Source of the DNA: Trueperaceae bacterium
GTDB lineage: Bacteria > Deinococcota > Deinococci > Deinococcales > Trueperaceae
Length of the DNA: 64,000 nt
Direction of reading: 5' to 3'
NCBI GenBank assembly: GCA_965213925.1
Contig: OZ243927.1
Span: forward strand, 2,048,001-2,112,000
Part shown: positions 48,935 through 58,421 of the stretch, piece after piece
Numbering within the stretch: position 1 is the first letter of the stretch
Layout of the letters: each line of letters begins with the position of its first letter
Notes under the pieces: generated by a model
The model's database searches: none
What the model saw: the letters and a program-made list of their open reading frames with translations, nothing else
Told to the model about the DNA's origin: nothing
Translations under genes and position numbers: made by a program

Positions 48935-49627
48935 CTAAAACAGCGAATACGCTACCGGGCGCGGCGTCCACAGTGGCTCGGCGTACTTCACCCCGATGAA
49001 GGTTCCCCAGTACGCCGCTCGCCCGCGTCTGCGCATGTATACGTCCGGCGTGACCGTCTCCGAGGCGGCTTCGCCCGTGAATTGGCTTCCGTAGCAGCGC
49101 ACCGCCTCTTCCCAGGTGTCTATGTAGTCGCTCGTGTCCACCACGAGCGTCGCCTCGAAGGGACCGTTGCCCATGTAGAAAAAGAGGTTTTTGGGCTTGT
49201 AAGGTTCACCGGACAAGGGGCTATTTTTGAGACCGGCCAGGTGAACGGCAGCGGGGACGATGTGCGCCGCCGCGACGTGGTCGGGGTGGCGGTCGTTGGC
49301 GTGTGGGGCAATCACAACGTTCGGGCGCAGTTCGCGCAGGACGCGCCCGAGCTGCAAGCGGCGGTCTTCGCTGTCCATGATGCGCGAGTCGGGCCAGCCT
49401 AAGTTGTGGCGCACGTCCAAGTTGAGAACTTTCGACGCCGCCTTGACCTCTTCGGCGCGAATCTCCGGCGTGCCCTTGGTGGCGGCTTCACCCCTCGTCA
49501 AGTCGACGATGCCCGTGCTGCGCCCCTCGGCTTTGGCGCGCGCTAGGCTGCCGCCCACGCCGAGTTCGGCGTCGTCGGGGTGAGGGCTCACCACTAAGAG
49601 GTCGAGCCCGGACGTTTGGCTAGGCAC
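48935..49627 (-). CDS. bshB1: Bacillithiol biosynthesis deacetylase
   Basis: PHPDDAE.G, DLTRGE..T.GT, DRHPDH, SQF, YAE motifs. Confidence 0.85.
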   Translation of the reverse strand: MPSQTSGLDLLVVSPHPDDAELGVGGSLARAKAEGRSTGIVDLTRGEAATKGTPEIRAEEVKAASKVLNLDVRHNLGWPDSRIMDSEDRRLQLGRVLRELRPNVVIAPHANDRHPDHVAAAHIVPAAVHLAGLKNSPLSGEPYKPKNLFFYMGNGPFEATLVVDTSDYIDTWEEAVRCYGSQFTGEAASETVTPDVYMRRRGRAAYWGTFIGVKYAEPLWTPRPVAYSLF

Positions 49628-50255
49628 GGCTCGAGGAAGGGTCCTTCTGCGCTTTCGTCTTCTCACCGATGCGCCGCTCGTTGCCGTTCGCTAAACGGAC
49701 GATGTTCTCCTTGTGCCGGATGACCGCGAGCGCCGCGAGTGAGGCGAGCAAGCAGAGCTGCGGCAGGCTGAACGAAGGCGTCATCACTAGGAAGAGGGGC
49801 GCGGCGACAAGACCCACCACCGAGCCGAGCGAGACGTAGCGCCCGATAACCATTGTAAAGAGTCCGACGGCTGCGGCTGCGAGGGCGGCGGCGGGCGCGA
49901 TGGCGATGCCGACGCCCAAGCTCGTGGCGATGCCTTTGCCGCCTCTCAGCCCTAAGAAGACGTTGAAGTTGTTGCCTAAAACCGCCGCGAGCCCCGCCAA
50001 GACGAGTCCCCATTCACTCAAGCTGAAGAGGTCGGCGATCAAGACCGCGAGCATCCCTTTGAGGGGGTCCGCGACGAGGACGATAAGCGCCGGGACGGTG
50101 CCCACTGCCCGCAGCACGTTCGTCGCGCCGATGTTGCCCGAACCCGTCTTCTGAATGTCCACGCCGTGAGAGCGCGCCACCCAGTATCCCGTCGGGAAGC
50201 TGCCGATGAGGTAGCCCACCACCAAACAAAGAGCAAAACTTAATGCGTCGATCAC
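49620..50255 (-). CDS. plsY: Glycerol-3-phosphate acyltransferase
   Basis: GSGNIGATNVLR, GGKGIAT, RH.ENI.RL..G.E. Confidence 0.93.
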   Translation of the reverse strand: MIDALSFALCLVVGYLIGSFPTGYWVARSHGVDIQKTGSGNIGATNVLRAVGTVPALIVLVADPLKGMLAVLIADLFSLSEWGLVLAGLAAVLGNNFNVFLGLRGGKGIATSLGVGIAIAPAAALAAAAVGLFTMVIGRYVSLGSVVGLVAAPLFLVMTPSFSLPQLCLLASLAALAVIRHKENIVRLANGNERRIGEKTKAQKDPSSSRA

Positions 50256-50569
50256 CAGGACCTCCTCTTGACTCTAATGTATCCTTTGCCACTCACCGCG
50301 ACCACCCCCGATAATCTGCCCTGTACTCTACTCGTAAATGCAGTTACAAGGTCAGTTATACACACCTTTGCGTAGTTCATCAGCCTATCATGTTAAGCGT
50401 GCGCGGGGCGTGGTGTCGCCGGCAGCTATACACAAGCTGTTCCCGCCATCCGCTCGCGACTTAGGCAGTAGTGTAAGGCGCGTATGCTCCACGTTGCCCT
50501 TCGACCCCTGCAAGACCCGTGTAAAACTAGGCGTCACCTCTTTTTCGTTCAGCGGGGTAGGCTAAACCC

Positions 50570-52123
50570 ATGAGTCAAGCCGCCCTCTTCTTAGTGGTGC
50601 TGAGCATCACAGGTATTTACAGCGTCCGCTGGACGACGCGCTTAGCGCCTCTCACGAGCGAACTGCCGCTCAAAACGGTTCTTGCCACCGCTCTCTGCGC
50701 GCTCGTCGCGGCGCTATCGTTCGCGATGAGTGTCTCTTCGGCGCTTCTCGTCCTCGCGCTTATCGTAGGACCCCTCTTCATCCTCGCCCCGCTACTCCTG
50801 ACGAGTCTGGCAAGAGGTCGCCTCTACAGTGCAGCCAAATCTATAATGGATTTACTTTACTGGACGGATGAAGGGCGCACGGGCGTGCGGCGTCTGCTCG
50901 CGCAAGTCGCGCTGCAGCAGGCGGACGCGGACGAAGCGCTTAACCTCTTGCCGGAGAAGGGCGCGGACCTCTTGCGAATTCAAGCTTACGCGCTCGCCGA
51001 AAGGTGGCGGGAGCTTTTGGAGCTGGACGTGCCCGAGTGGGGCGACAACGCAGCCCTGGCGCGTGCGGGAAGGGCGCAGGCGTATTTAGCCCTCGAGCAG
51101 CGGAGCGCAGCCGAGGCGGAGCTGACGCGAATGCGCCAAACCTGGGAAGACGAGGGGCAAGGTCCCATCGGCTACCGCAGCGTTAAGCTGACCCAAGCGC
51201 GGCTCCACGCCTTTGATGGCAACTTGGAGGCGGCGCGGCGCGAACTGCAAGACCCGCTGCCGGGCGTGCCGCCCTACCGCATTTTAGATATCCTCGCGGA
51301 CGCCGCCGAAAGAGGGCGTAATTTAGAAGCGGCGGTGCGCCTCTACGCGCAAGCCTATACCTACGCGCCGCCGAGTCAGCGGGGGAGGTTTGAAAGGAAG
51401 CTCGAGCTGTACGGTCAGCCCGTTCCTGATATACCAAGTCGCGCGTCTAGGACGAGCACCGCTACCCTCTCCCTCGCCGCCACTATCGTCGCTGCCTATG
51501 TTATACAAGTCTGGATAGACCGCACCTACGGTGCGAATGCAGGCAGCGTCGTAGCAGGCTTTCTGCTCAACCGTCCACAAATCCCCGAGTCCGACGCGCT
51601 ATGGCGCTACCTTTCTTATGCGTTTGTGCACGGCGGCATCGTCCACATCGGACTTAATACATGGGTGCTCTACGACATCGGGCGGCTCTACGAGTCGCGG
51701 CGACACTGGGGCAGTCTGCTTGCGGCGTTCGTTTTCGGCACGGTCATGGGCGCGTACCTCTCGCTCGTCGCAGAGGGGAGTGCGCCGCTCGGGTTGGTCG
51801 GCGCGTCGGGCGGGGTGCTCGGCGTCGCGGGCGCGCTCCTTGCGGACGTGTGGCGCAGCACCAGTCCTCAAGACAAGCTCTTGACTCGCTCTCTGTTGCA
51901 GTGGGTCGTCCTCATCGTCGTCTTTTCTCTTGCGATTCCGGGTGTGTCGCTCTGGGGTCACATTGGCGGGCTGGTCGGCGGTGCGCTGTGGGGCTTCATG
52001 CGGCAAGGTTTGCCGAATACCCGACAGCTCGACCTCATCGCAGGCGGCGTGAGCGTCGGGCTGATGATTTACGCGGTGACGGAGGCGGGGTTGTGGTTGG
52101 TGCGTTACGGTCCGCAGTTGTAA
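50570..52123 (+). CDS. Rhomboid intramembrane serine protease with N-terminal TM/TPR-like region
   Basis: WR, HGG..HI..N, VGASG, GHIGG motifs. Confidence 0.9.
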   Translation: MSQAALFLVVLSITGIYSVRWTTRLAPLTSELPLKTVLATALCALVAALSFAMSVSSALLVLALIVGPLFILAPLLLTSLARGRLYSAAKSIMDLLYWTDEGRTGVRRLLAQVALQQADADEALNLLPEKGADLLRIQAYALAERWRELLELDVPEWGDNAALARAGRAQAYLALEQRSAAEAELTRMRQTWEDEGQGPIGYRSVKLTQARLHAFDGNLEAARRELQDPLPGVPPYRILDILADAAERGRNLEAAVRLYAQAYTYAPPSQRGRFERKLELYGQPVPDIPSRASRTSTATLSLAATIVAAYVIQVWIDRTYGANAGSVVAGFLLNRPQIPESDALWRYLSYAFVHGGIVHIGLNTWVLYDIGRLYESRRHWGSLLAAFVFGTVMGAYLSLVAEGSAPLGLVGASGGVLGVAGALLADVWRSTSPQDKLLTRSLLQWVVLIVVFSLAIPGVSLWGHIGGLVGGALWGFMRQGLPNTRQLDLIAGGVSVGLMIYAVTEAGLWLVRYGPQL

Positions 52124-52196
52124 GCCGAGATGCTGAGCAGCGTTTCAGACGGCTACGGGTAGTGGCTTTCTCTGGAATGCTCACTGGATATGAACA

Positions 52197-52222
52197 AAAC
52201 AAGGGGTTGCAACCCCTTGTTT
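52197..52222. repeat. Perfect 26-bp palindrome (REP-like)
   Basis: AAACAAGGGGTTGCAACCCCTTGTTT. Confidence 0.7.
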
Positions 52223-52324
52223 GCTAGCGGGAGTTGGGTCCACTCACGAGGCGCGTCATTCGATCTTGACCCACTACCGGGGGCTACGAAACTCGGTTGA
52301 GTGACGTGCGGTGAGGAAATTGGG

Positions 52325-52360
52325 GAAGGGAGAATATAGGCGCGCCTATATTCTCCCTTC
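52325..52360. terminator. Perfect 36-bp palindrome between convergent genes
   Basis: GAAGGGAGAATATAGG-CGCG-CCTATATTCTCCCTTC. Confidence 0.65.
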
Positions 52361-52392
52361 TTTATCTGCTCGACCGACTTTCGGGGGTGTCT

Positions 52393-53070
52393 TCAAATAA
52401 CTTGCATCACGTAGTGGTCCGTCGCCGCTTCTAACCCTTTCGGGTTGGCCACGTAGATGCCACGCGTGCCTGAAAGCGCTCCCTCGCTCCTGAGTTCGCC
52501 CAAGATGCGCGTGATAGTGACACGTGACGAGCCCGTCAGCGACGCCAAATCTTCGTGCGTCAGGGCGAGCGGTAGTTTGACGCCCGTCTGGTCGTCGGCG
52601 TGCTGACCGAAGCGCTCGGCTAAGCGTAGAAACGCCCTCGTGACGCGGGCACCGACTGGAAGCTCGGCGTCGTCGATCGCTTCACGGCTGCGGCGCAGTT
52701 GCCGGGCCATGCTGCTCACGATGTAGTCGCGCAGCTTGCGGTCGTTCATCGCTTGTTGGGGGTCTAAAGGCGTTAAGCAGGCGTCATGTACGGCCTCGAC
52801 GGTCTCGGCGTGGCGACCCGACTCGATCGTCGCGACACCTAAAACGTCGCCGGGACCGTAGAGGTCCGCGATGCGGTCGCGCCCTAGCGAGGTCGGTACG
52901 ACCGCTTTGAGCACGCCCTGGTTGACGATATAGAGCGAGCTAGCGTCGCGACCTGACTCGTAGAGCACGCTGCCAGGCTCTAAGGTGCGCGTCGGATGGG
53001 CGAGCGTGCTAGGAACGATGGTGGGGGCGTTGCAGTCTCCTTGGATGAGATGTTCGGTTACGCTTAACAT
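52393..53070 (-). CDS. Crp/Fnr-family transcriptional regulator
   Basis: cNMP-binding fold (GPGDVLG) and LTHEDLASLTGSSRVTITR HTH. Confidence 0.92.
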   Translation of the reverse strand: MLSVTEHLIQGDCNAPTIVPSTLAHPTRTLEPGSVLYESGRDASSLYIVNQGVLKAVVPTSLGRDRIADLYGPGDVLGVATIESGRHAETVEAVHDACLTPLDPQQAMNDRKLRDYIVSSMARQLRRSREAIDDAELPVGARVTRAFLRLAERFGQHADDQTGVKLPLALTHEDLASLTGSSRVTITRILGELRSEGALSGTRGIYVANPKGLEAATDHYVMQVI

Positions 53071-53339
53071 GGAACTCCTTTGCGGCTAAGCTCAGCCACC
53101 CGTCTCGACATACACGTGTTTCGTGTAAGAGAGGAGCTTAACCCTACAGACTAAATGGTCTGTTATTTTGGCTGTCATGTCGGTATGAAAAACTACATTG
53201 TTTGTGAAGATCTTAACGAGAACCTTCATAGACAGCTTAAACCACTGTTCATCAAAAACTTTGAGCGCTACGAGGCGAACGTTTCTGAGGTGGTCAAGAA
53301 GGCGGGACTGAAGCTCAGCGTGACGGCTTAGGAGGTGGC

Positions 53340-53600
53340 GTGAAGACACTCAAGGACAAACTCATCATCATTACAGGCGCAGGGGGCGCGATCGTGGGCG
53401 AGGTCGAGGGGATGCCTTTCGGCACGAAGGCGCACGCTTAGTCTTTGGTCGATAAGGACGGGGTGTGCATCGCCGGACGTTCGTCCTCATGTGGAGCATT
53501 GGCGCTCGAGTCCGACTTCGCCACCTTAGAGAGTGCTCAAGAGGTCGTCGCAGAGGTCAAAAGTAAGTTAGACGCTCGGGAGATGAGGCGAGTCTCTTAG
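53340..53600 (+). pseudogene. SDR oxidoreductase 5' remnant
   Basis: AGGAGG-GTG KTLKDKLIIITGAGGAI / AFRHEGARL / LVDKD...ESDFATLESAQEVV in shifting frames; truncated. Confidence 0.7.
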
Positions 53601-53690
53601 AGATACCGCTCAACCCGCCGCGTCATAGGCGGTGACGCACGCGCTGAAAGTTAGCATGAGTCATACTGTCTTCCGCAGATAGCGAAATAG

Positions 53691-53727
53691 AAAAAAGCGT
53701 GCGTTGGACCTTCCAACGCACGCTTTT
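53691..53727 (-). terminator. Intrinsic (bidirectional) terminator downstream of fasciclin gene
   Basis: AAAAGCGTGCGTTGGA-CCT-TCCAACGCACGCTTTT. Confidence 0.85.
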
Positions 53728-53751
53728 GAGGTGAGGTTTAAGCTCGAGCGT

Positions 53752-54435
53752 TTACTGACCGCCGGTCTCGCCGCCCGTCATGCTGCCACCTGTTTCAGAC
53801 ATACCGCCTGTCATGCTTCCGCCGGTCTCGCTGCCACCTGTAGCGGAGCCGCCCGTCTGAGAGCCCATGCTAGAGGGTAGAAGCACTGCGTCGATCACGT
53901 GAATCACGCCGTTCGAGGCTTGGATATCCGTTTCGGTAATCGTCGCGTCACCGATCATGGGGCTACCGCCCGAGGTGCTAATTGAAAGCTCTTGACCGTT
54001 GAGCATCAAGACTTCGGAGAAGCCTGTGATCTCCGAGGCAGGGTACACACCTGAGACCACGTGGTTTTGGAGCAAGTTGGCGAGCTGATCCAGGTCGTTG
54101 AGAATGGCGTTGAGTTCTTCCGAAGGAAGGGCCTCGAACGCTTCGTTAGTCGGCGCGAAGACCGTGAACGAGCCGCTCGAGAGTTCCTCGGCTAAGCCCG
54201 CCGCGTTAAGCGCGTCTAAAAGGGTGCTGAACTGCGAGTCGCTCGAGACGATATCGGCGATTGTCTGACCGCCTGCGCCGCCCGTCATGCCGCCCGTCTC
54301 ACTGCCGCCCGTGCTGTCACCGCCTGTCATGCCGCCGCCCGTGCTGCCGCCGCCCGTCATGCCGCCCGTATCCTGAGCGAGTGCTAAACCTAACGTGAGA
54401 GCGAGACCTAAAAGTAAAACAGATAGTTTGTTCAT
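53752..54435 (-). CDS. Secreted fasciclin (FAS1) protein with TGG-repeat flanks
   Basis: Signal peptide; FTVFAPTNEAF, ASNGVIHVIDAVLLP. Confidence 0.93.
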   Translation of the reverse strand: MNKLSVLLLGLALTLGLALAQDTGGMTGGGSTGGGMTGGDSTGGSETGGMTGGAGGQTIADIVSSDSQFSTLLDALNAAGLAEELSSGSFTVFAPTNEAFEALPSEELNAILNDLDQLANLLQNHVVSGVYPASEITGFSEVLMLNGQELSISTSGGSPMIGDATITETDIQASNGVIHVIDAVLLPSSMGSQTGGSATGGSETGGSMTGGMSETGGSMTGGETGGQ

Positions 54436-54610
54436 GTCGTCTCCTAGTATTGAAGCCGCGCTAGCCTAGTGGTTTGACGATGCTGAGACCTCAACGCGGA
54501 AAGGTCCCCCCGTGTCTTTTCCACCCTGCACCATACCGGTACATATGTGAATTATTTTATAGAAAAGATGAGAATCATGATCCTTGGCTCACAGTTGTAA
54601 GGGTCAACAA

Positions 54611-55080
54611 GCTTTGTCAGGGACAAAGCGGTCGCCTCACGCAACGCATTTTATGAGGAAGAGGGTCCGCTAGGACGAGGTTCGCCGAGGTCTATAAAGG
54701 TATAGAGGGCGCGGAAAAGGGACGACCGTTTAATGAAGGTAAGCCGTAGAGGTCCGTCCGGTAGGGCTGATACCGTTTCCGGGTAATTCCTATGGGAATT
54801 ACCCCGAGCGAAGAGCCTTCAGCAGGGGGTATTGACTGGTCATAGACGTGCATAGATAACGGGATGCTACCCCCTGCTGAAAGCTCCTTAGCGAGTAGAA
54901 AAAGTACGGATTCCGATGATTACGGAAGCAACGACGAAGGAGTTTATGCAGGAATCATCGGAATCCATATGACGCCCCGAATGCATCCGAGAAGACGCGC
55001 CCTGGTTCAACCTAGCGGCGCGGTGAGAACTGACAAGGGTCATCAGATTTAGGGTTGTGTCTAGGGACCGCAAGGAGCGG
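54611..55080. ncRNA. Candidate structured RNA (unassigned)
   Basis: Series of ~9 hairpins including two with 14-bp perfect arms; no credible ORF. Confidence 0.4.
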
Positions 55081-55091
55081 CGCTAAAGGCG

Positions 55092-55901
55092 CTAGGGGTT
55101 GCTGCGCTCCGGGCTCAAGTCGGCGCTTAAGTGCGCCTGAATCCGCTTGACCAAATCCCTCGGGTTAAAGGGTTTCTCGATAAAGGCTTGCGCGCCTAGC
55201 TTCATGCCCCGCTCGATCTGCTCCTCGCGGCGCAGCGACGAGAGGATGAAAACGGGCACGTCGGAGCGTTCGCGGATGAGTTGTAACAGCTCGAAACCCG
55301 TGCCGCCCGGCAAGTTCACGTCTAAGAGGACGAGGTTCATCTGGTCTAGGTGCTTGGTGATGAGCGAGCGGGCTTGCGGCACGTTCTCGGCGCTCCGCAC
55401 GAAGTAGCCCTGCCGTCCCAAAATATCGCCGATGAGCCCGCGCAAGGCGGCGCTGTCCTCGACGATGAGCACGTTCGGACGCTCGTCTTGTTGACCGTGC
55501 ATGGTGATGTCGGTGCGCGTGACTTTGGGCGTCTCTTTGACGAGCGCGCGCACCGCGCCCAGCAGCTCCTTGCTGCTAAAGGGTTTGCTCAGCACCTCGT
55601 CTAAGCGAACGTCCGAGTCGTCGAGCGCGTGCTGCTCGTCGTGCGTCGCCAGCATCAAGATAGGCACACCTTCTAAGCGCGGCACGCGGCGCATCCGCCC
55701 GGCGACCTCTAAGCCGCCTATATGCGGCATCGTCGCCGCTAAAATGGCAAGCTCCGGGGTGCTCTGCTGCAGGTGCGAGAGCGCCTCATGACCGTTTCTG
55801 GCGAGGGTGACGGTGTAGTCTCTCGAGATGAGCACGATCTCGACTAAGTCCAAAACCTTGGGGTCATGTTCAGCCACAAGCACGGTAGGATTCTCCGCCA
55901 T
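55092..55901 (-). CDS. Tandem receiver-domain response regulator without output domain
   Basis: REC1 VAEHD..ILAATMP..KPF; REC2 VEDS..LLDVNLP..KPF. Confidence 0.88.
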   Translation of the reverse strand: MAENPTVLVAEHDPKVLDLVEIVLISRDYTVTLARNGHEALSHLQQSTPELAILAATMPHIGGLEVAGRMRRVPRLEGVPILMLATHDEQHALDDSDVRLDEVLSKPFSSKELLGAVRALVKETPKVTRTDITMHGQQDERPNVLIVEDSAALRGLIGDILGRQGYFVRSAENVPQARSLITKHLDQMNLVLLDVNLPGGTGFELLQLIRERSDVPVFILSSLRREEQIERGMKLGAQAFIEKPFNPRDLVKRIQAHLSADLSPERSNP

Positions 55902-56039
55902 CACGTGTTCCGAACCCAGGAACAAACCCAGGAAGAGGTGACCGAGAGGGTGGAGAAAAAGATCATATGCGCTAGTTTACCGCACCACGCCGCCCTAAAA
56001 CGAAAATGTGAAGTTCACGGCATTGTTGTGGCAACTCAA

Positions 56040-56199
56040 TACTCTGTCAGCTAAGTTGTGCGATATTGTTGTCACCCTGAGCCCGGTCGAGGAGTCTCGC
56101 CTTGCAATCTCTGTTAGACAAGGAGGCGAATGCAGAGATTCTTACGCTCCACTGCGTTCCGCTCAGAATGACATCACTCATTCTTTAGTTGACGGTGTA
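56040..56199 (-). mobile_element. MITE (160 bp), same family as 47563-47767, 5-bp TSD CTCAA
   Basis: ctcaa|TACTCTGTCAGCTAA...TTAGTTGACGGTGTA|ctcaa; internal GTCA palindrome 56071-56172. Confidence 0.85.
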
Positions 56200-56293
56200 C
56201 TCAACCAAATCTACACAAGCGTCATGTTTCGACGCGCGCATTGGTCCGTGCTTGCTCGAGTGAGCGTGTTGGTGACCAGATGCTACCTGCGGT

Positions 56294-57190
56294 TCACTTC
56301 TCCGAAGAAAGCGCAAACCCTCGCATGAACTGCTCCTGCAAGATCACAAAGATAATGAGGGGCGGAATGAGCGCCAGCAGCGCCCCCGCCATCACGTACC
56401 CCCACTGTGTCCCCTCGCCCGTGCTGATGATGAGGTTGAGCCCGACCTGAATTACCTGCTTGCTCTCGCGCCGGATGATGACCAAGGGCCACAGATACTG
56501 GTCCCACACGTAGACGAACTGGATGACCGCCAACGCCCCGATGGTATTCCAACTCATCGGGATGAGGATGCTCCAGAGGAAGCGTAAGGGGCTCGCGCCG
56601 TCCATCTTGGCGGCGTCGGCTAAACTCGTCGGGATGGACATGAAGTGCTGCCGGAACAAAAACGTCCCCGTCGCGGAGGCGAGAAAAGGCACGATGATCG
56701 CCCAGTACGTGTTCGACCAGCCGAAGCCGTACTCGGTGGGGCGCGTGAGAATCGCCAGCGGATCGCTGAGCCAGTCCCACCACGCTTCCCACGAACCAGG
56801 CGGCTGCTGCGACACGAGGTCAAAAAGTCCGACGATGAGGACTTCGGTGGGCATCATCAGGGTGAAGAGGATGAAGGAGAAGACGAACGGCTTGAATGGG
56901 ATGCGGAAAAACACGAGCGCCATCCCCGCCATGAGCGAGAGGATCGTCTTACCCACCGTCACGGTGAAGGCGATGATGAGCGAGTTGCGCATGAACACGC
57001 CCAAGTTCGCCCCTTGCCACACCGCGCGGATATTGGTCCAGAGTTCGCCGCCCGGAATCAGACTCGGCGAGACCACCTCCCCTCTCGTCTGCGTCGCTTT
57101 GATGAGCGCAAAGAGAATCGGCGCGCAGATGATGAAGCAGCTTATGACGAGCAGGATGTGGATGACGGGGCGAGGCTTATTACTTCTCAT
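56294..57190 (-). CDS. ugpE: Carbohydrate ABC permease, UgpE-like
   Basis: ASATGTFLFRQHF, DAAKMDGA, WDQYLWPL. Confidence 0.8.
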   Translation of the reverse strand: MRSNKPRPVIHILLVISCFIICAPILFALIKATQTRGEVVSPSLIPGGELWTNIRAVWQGANLGVFMRNSLIIAFTVTVGKTILSLMAGMALVFFRIPFKPFVFSFILFTLMMPTEVLIVGLFDLVSQQPPGSWEAWWDWLSDPLAILTRPTEYGFGWSNTYWAIIVPFLASATGTFLFRQHFMSIPTSLADAAKMDGASPLRFLWSILIPMSWNTIGALAVIQFVYVWDQYLWPLVIIRRESKQVIQVGLNLIISTGEGTQWGYVMAGALLALIPPLIIFVILQEQFMRGFALSSEK

Positions 57191-57203
57191 CAGTTACCTC
57201 CCA

Positions 57204-58133
57204 TTAGTTGCCGCCGTACTGCACGTTACGGCTGCCGTAGCGGAACTGCAAAACGGTGACAGCCGCCACCGTCATCAGAAGCACCACCCCTTGCGCCGCC
57301 GCGAAGCCCAAGTTGCCGTTGCCGCCGAAACCGTCCTGGTAGAGCCTGTAGATCATCGTGGTGGTGAGCCCCGCGTTATCCAAGGGTTCAGGTCCGACGG
57401 GACCGCCCCTCGTCAAAATATCGATGAGTCCGAACGTCTCGAAAAAACTATAGGTGAGGTTCGTAAAAACCAGAAAGAAGGTCATCGGGCTGAGTAGCGG
57501 AAAGGTGATGGACCAGAAGCGCTGCCAGGCGTTCGCGCCGTCGATTTCGGCGGCTTCGGTGAGGCTGCCGGGGATGTTCTGCAGCGCCGCTAGATAAAAG
57601 ACGATGTTGTAGCCGATGTTCTTCCAGATCGAAGCGAGCACGACCAGACCGAACGCCAACACGGGCGTGTCGAGCCAGCGCGGTTTGATGCCTAATGTCG
57701 CGTCTAAAAGCTGGTTGACCGCGCCGACTTCGGGGTTGAAAAGAAACGAGAAAATAGTACCTGCGACAGCAGGGGAGAGCGCGAAGGGCCAGATAAGGAG
57801 CAGGCGGTACACGCGAGCGCCACTCACGTTTTGATTCGCGAGAACCGACAGCGCGAGGCTTACGCTGAGACCGAGCCCTACTACCGCGACGCTAAAGAGG
57901 AGGCTCTGAACGATCACTTGGCGGTACATCGGCGCGAGCGGACCCGTAAAGAGCGCCTGAAAGTTTTCCAGACCGATGAAGCGGCGCGTGCCCAAAATCA
58001 GGTTACTTCTATAGAGGCTGATCACAAACGATTGGAGCGCAGGGTAGTAGAGGAAAAGCGTCAGGATGACGAGCGACGGTGCGAGGAGCAGCCAGGCCGT
58101 CCTCGAGCTTTTGAACACAGGATTCTCCTGCAT
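57204..58133 (-). CDS. ugpA: Carbohydrate ABC permease, UgpA-like
   Basis: EAAEIDGA, FPLLSP.TFFL, YSFFETFG, AAAQ. Confidence 0.8.
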   Translation of the reverse strand: MQENPVFKSSRTAWLLLAPSLVILTLFLYYPALQSFVISLYRSNLILGTRRFIGLENFQALFTGPLAPMYRQVIVQSLLFSVAVVGLGLSVSLALSVLANQNVSGARVYRLLLIWPFALSPAVAGTIFSFLFNPEVGAVNQLLDATLGIKPRWLDTPVLAFGLVVLASIWKNIGYNIVFYLAALQNIPGSLTEAAEIDGANAWQRFWSITFPLLSPMTFFLVFTNLTYSFFETFGLIDILTRGGPVGPEPLDNAGLTTTMIYRLYQDGFGGNGNLGFAAAQGVVLLMTVAAVTVLQFRYGSRNVQYGGN

Positions 58134-58342
58134 AAAACCTCCAAGCAGGTGTCATCCGGTTGCAGCCCTCCATATAGAAAGCGTTAATTTGGACGTTCTG
58201 AAGCGATGATTCCTGCAATTAGATTAGAGCGAACCTTCACCGAAAGCCAAAAAATATAAAGGTTGTCTCGAGGTGCGACTTGAATAGTCTAACCTCGATA
58301 GGGTTGAGCTGTAATGACCCATTGGGACACCCGTTACGACGG

Positions 58343-58387
58343 CGTAGGGGCGATTCATACGATAATAAACATACACGTGCCCCTACG
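58343..58387. repeat. GTAG-type REP-like palindrome
   Basis: CGTAGGGGC...GCCCCTACG; shares GGCGTAGGGGYGATTCAT with 26218. Confidence 0.65.
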
Positions 58388-58421
58388 TCAGCGCTGCATT
58401 AGCGTGTAGCTACTGCGCTAT

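Noticed and set aside
54813..54969. Mini-CRISPR (31-36 nt spacer-like loops)
   Set aside because: Flanks are inverted repeats that differ between units, not direct repeats; no cas genes
54611..55080. RNase P RNA, tmRNA, group II intron or retron identity for the structured region
   Set aside because: No GAGGAAAGTCC/P4, tRNA-like ends or domain V motif, and no reverse transcriptase nearby
56523..57497. 324-aa plus-strand ORF
   Set aside because: Antisense shadow of ugpE/ugpA; no protein-like motifs
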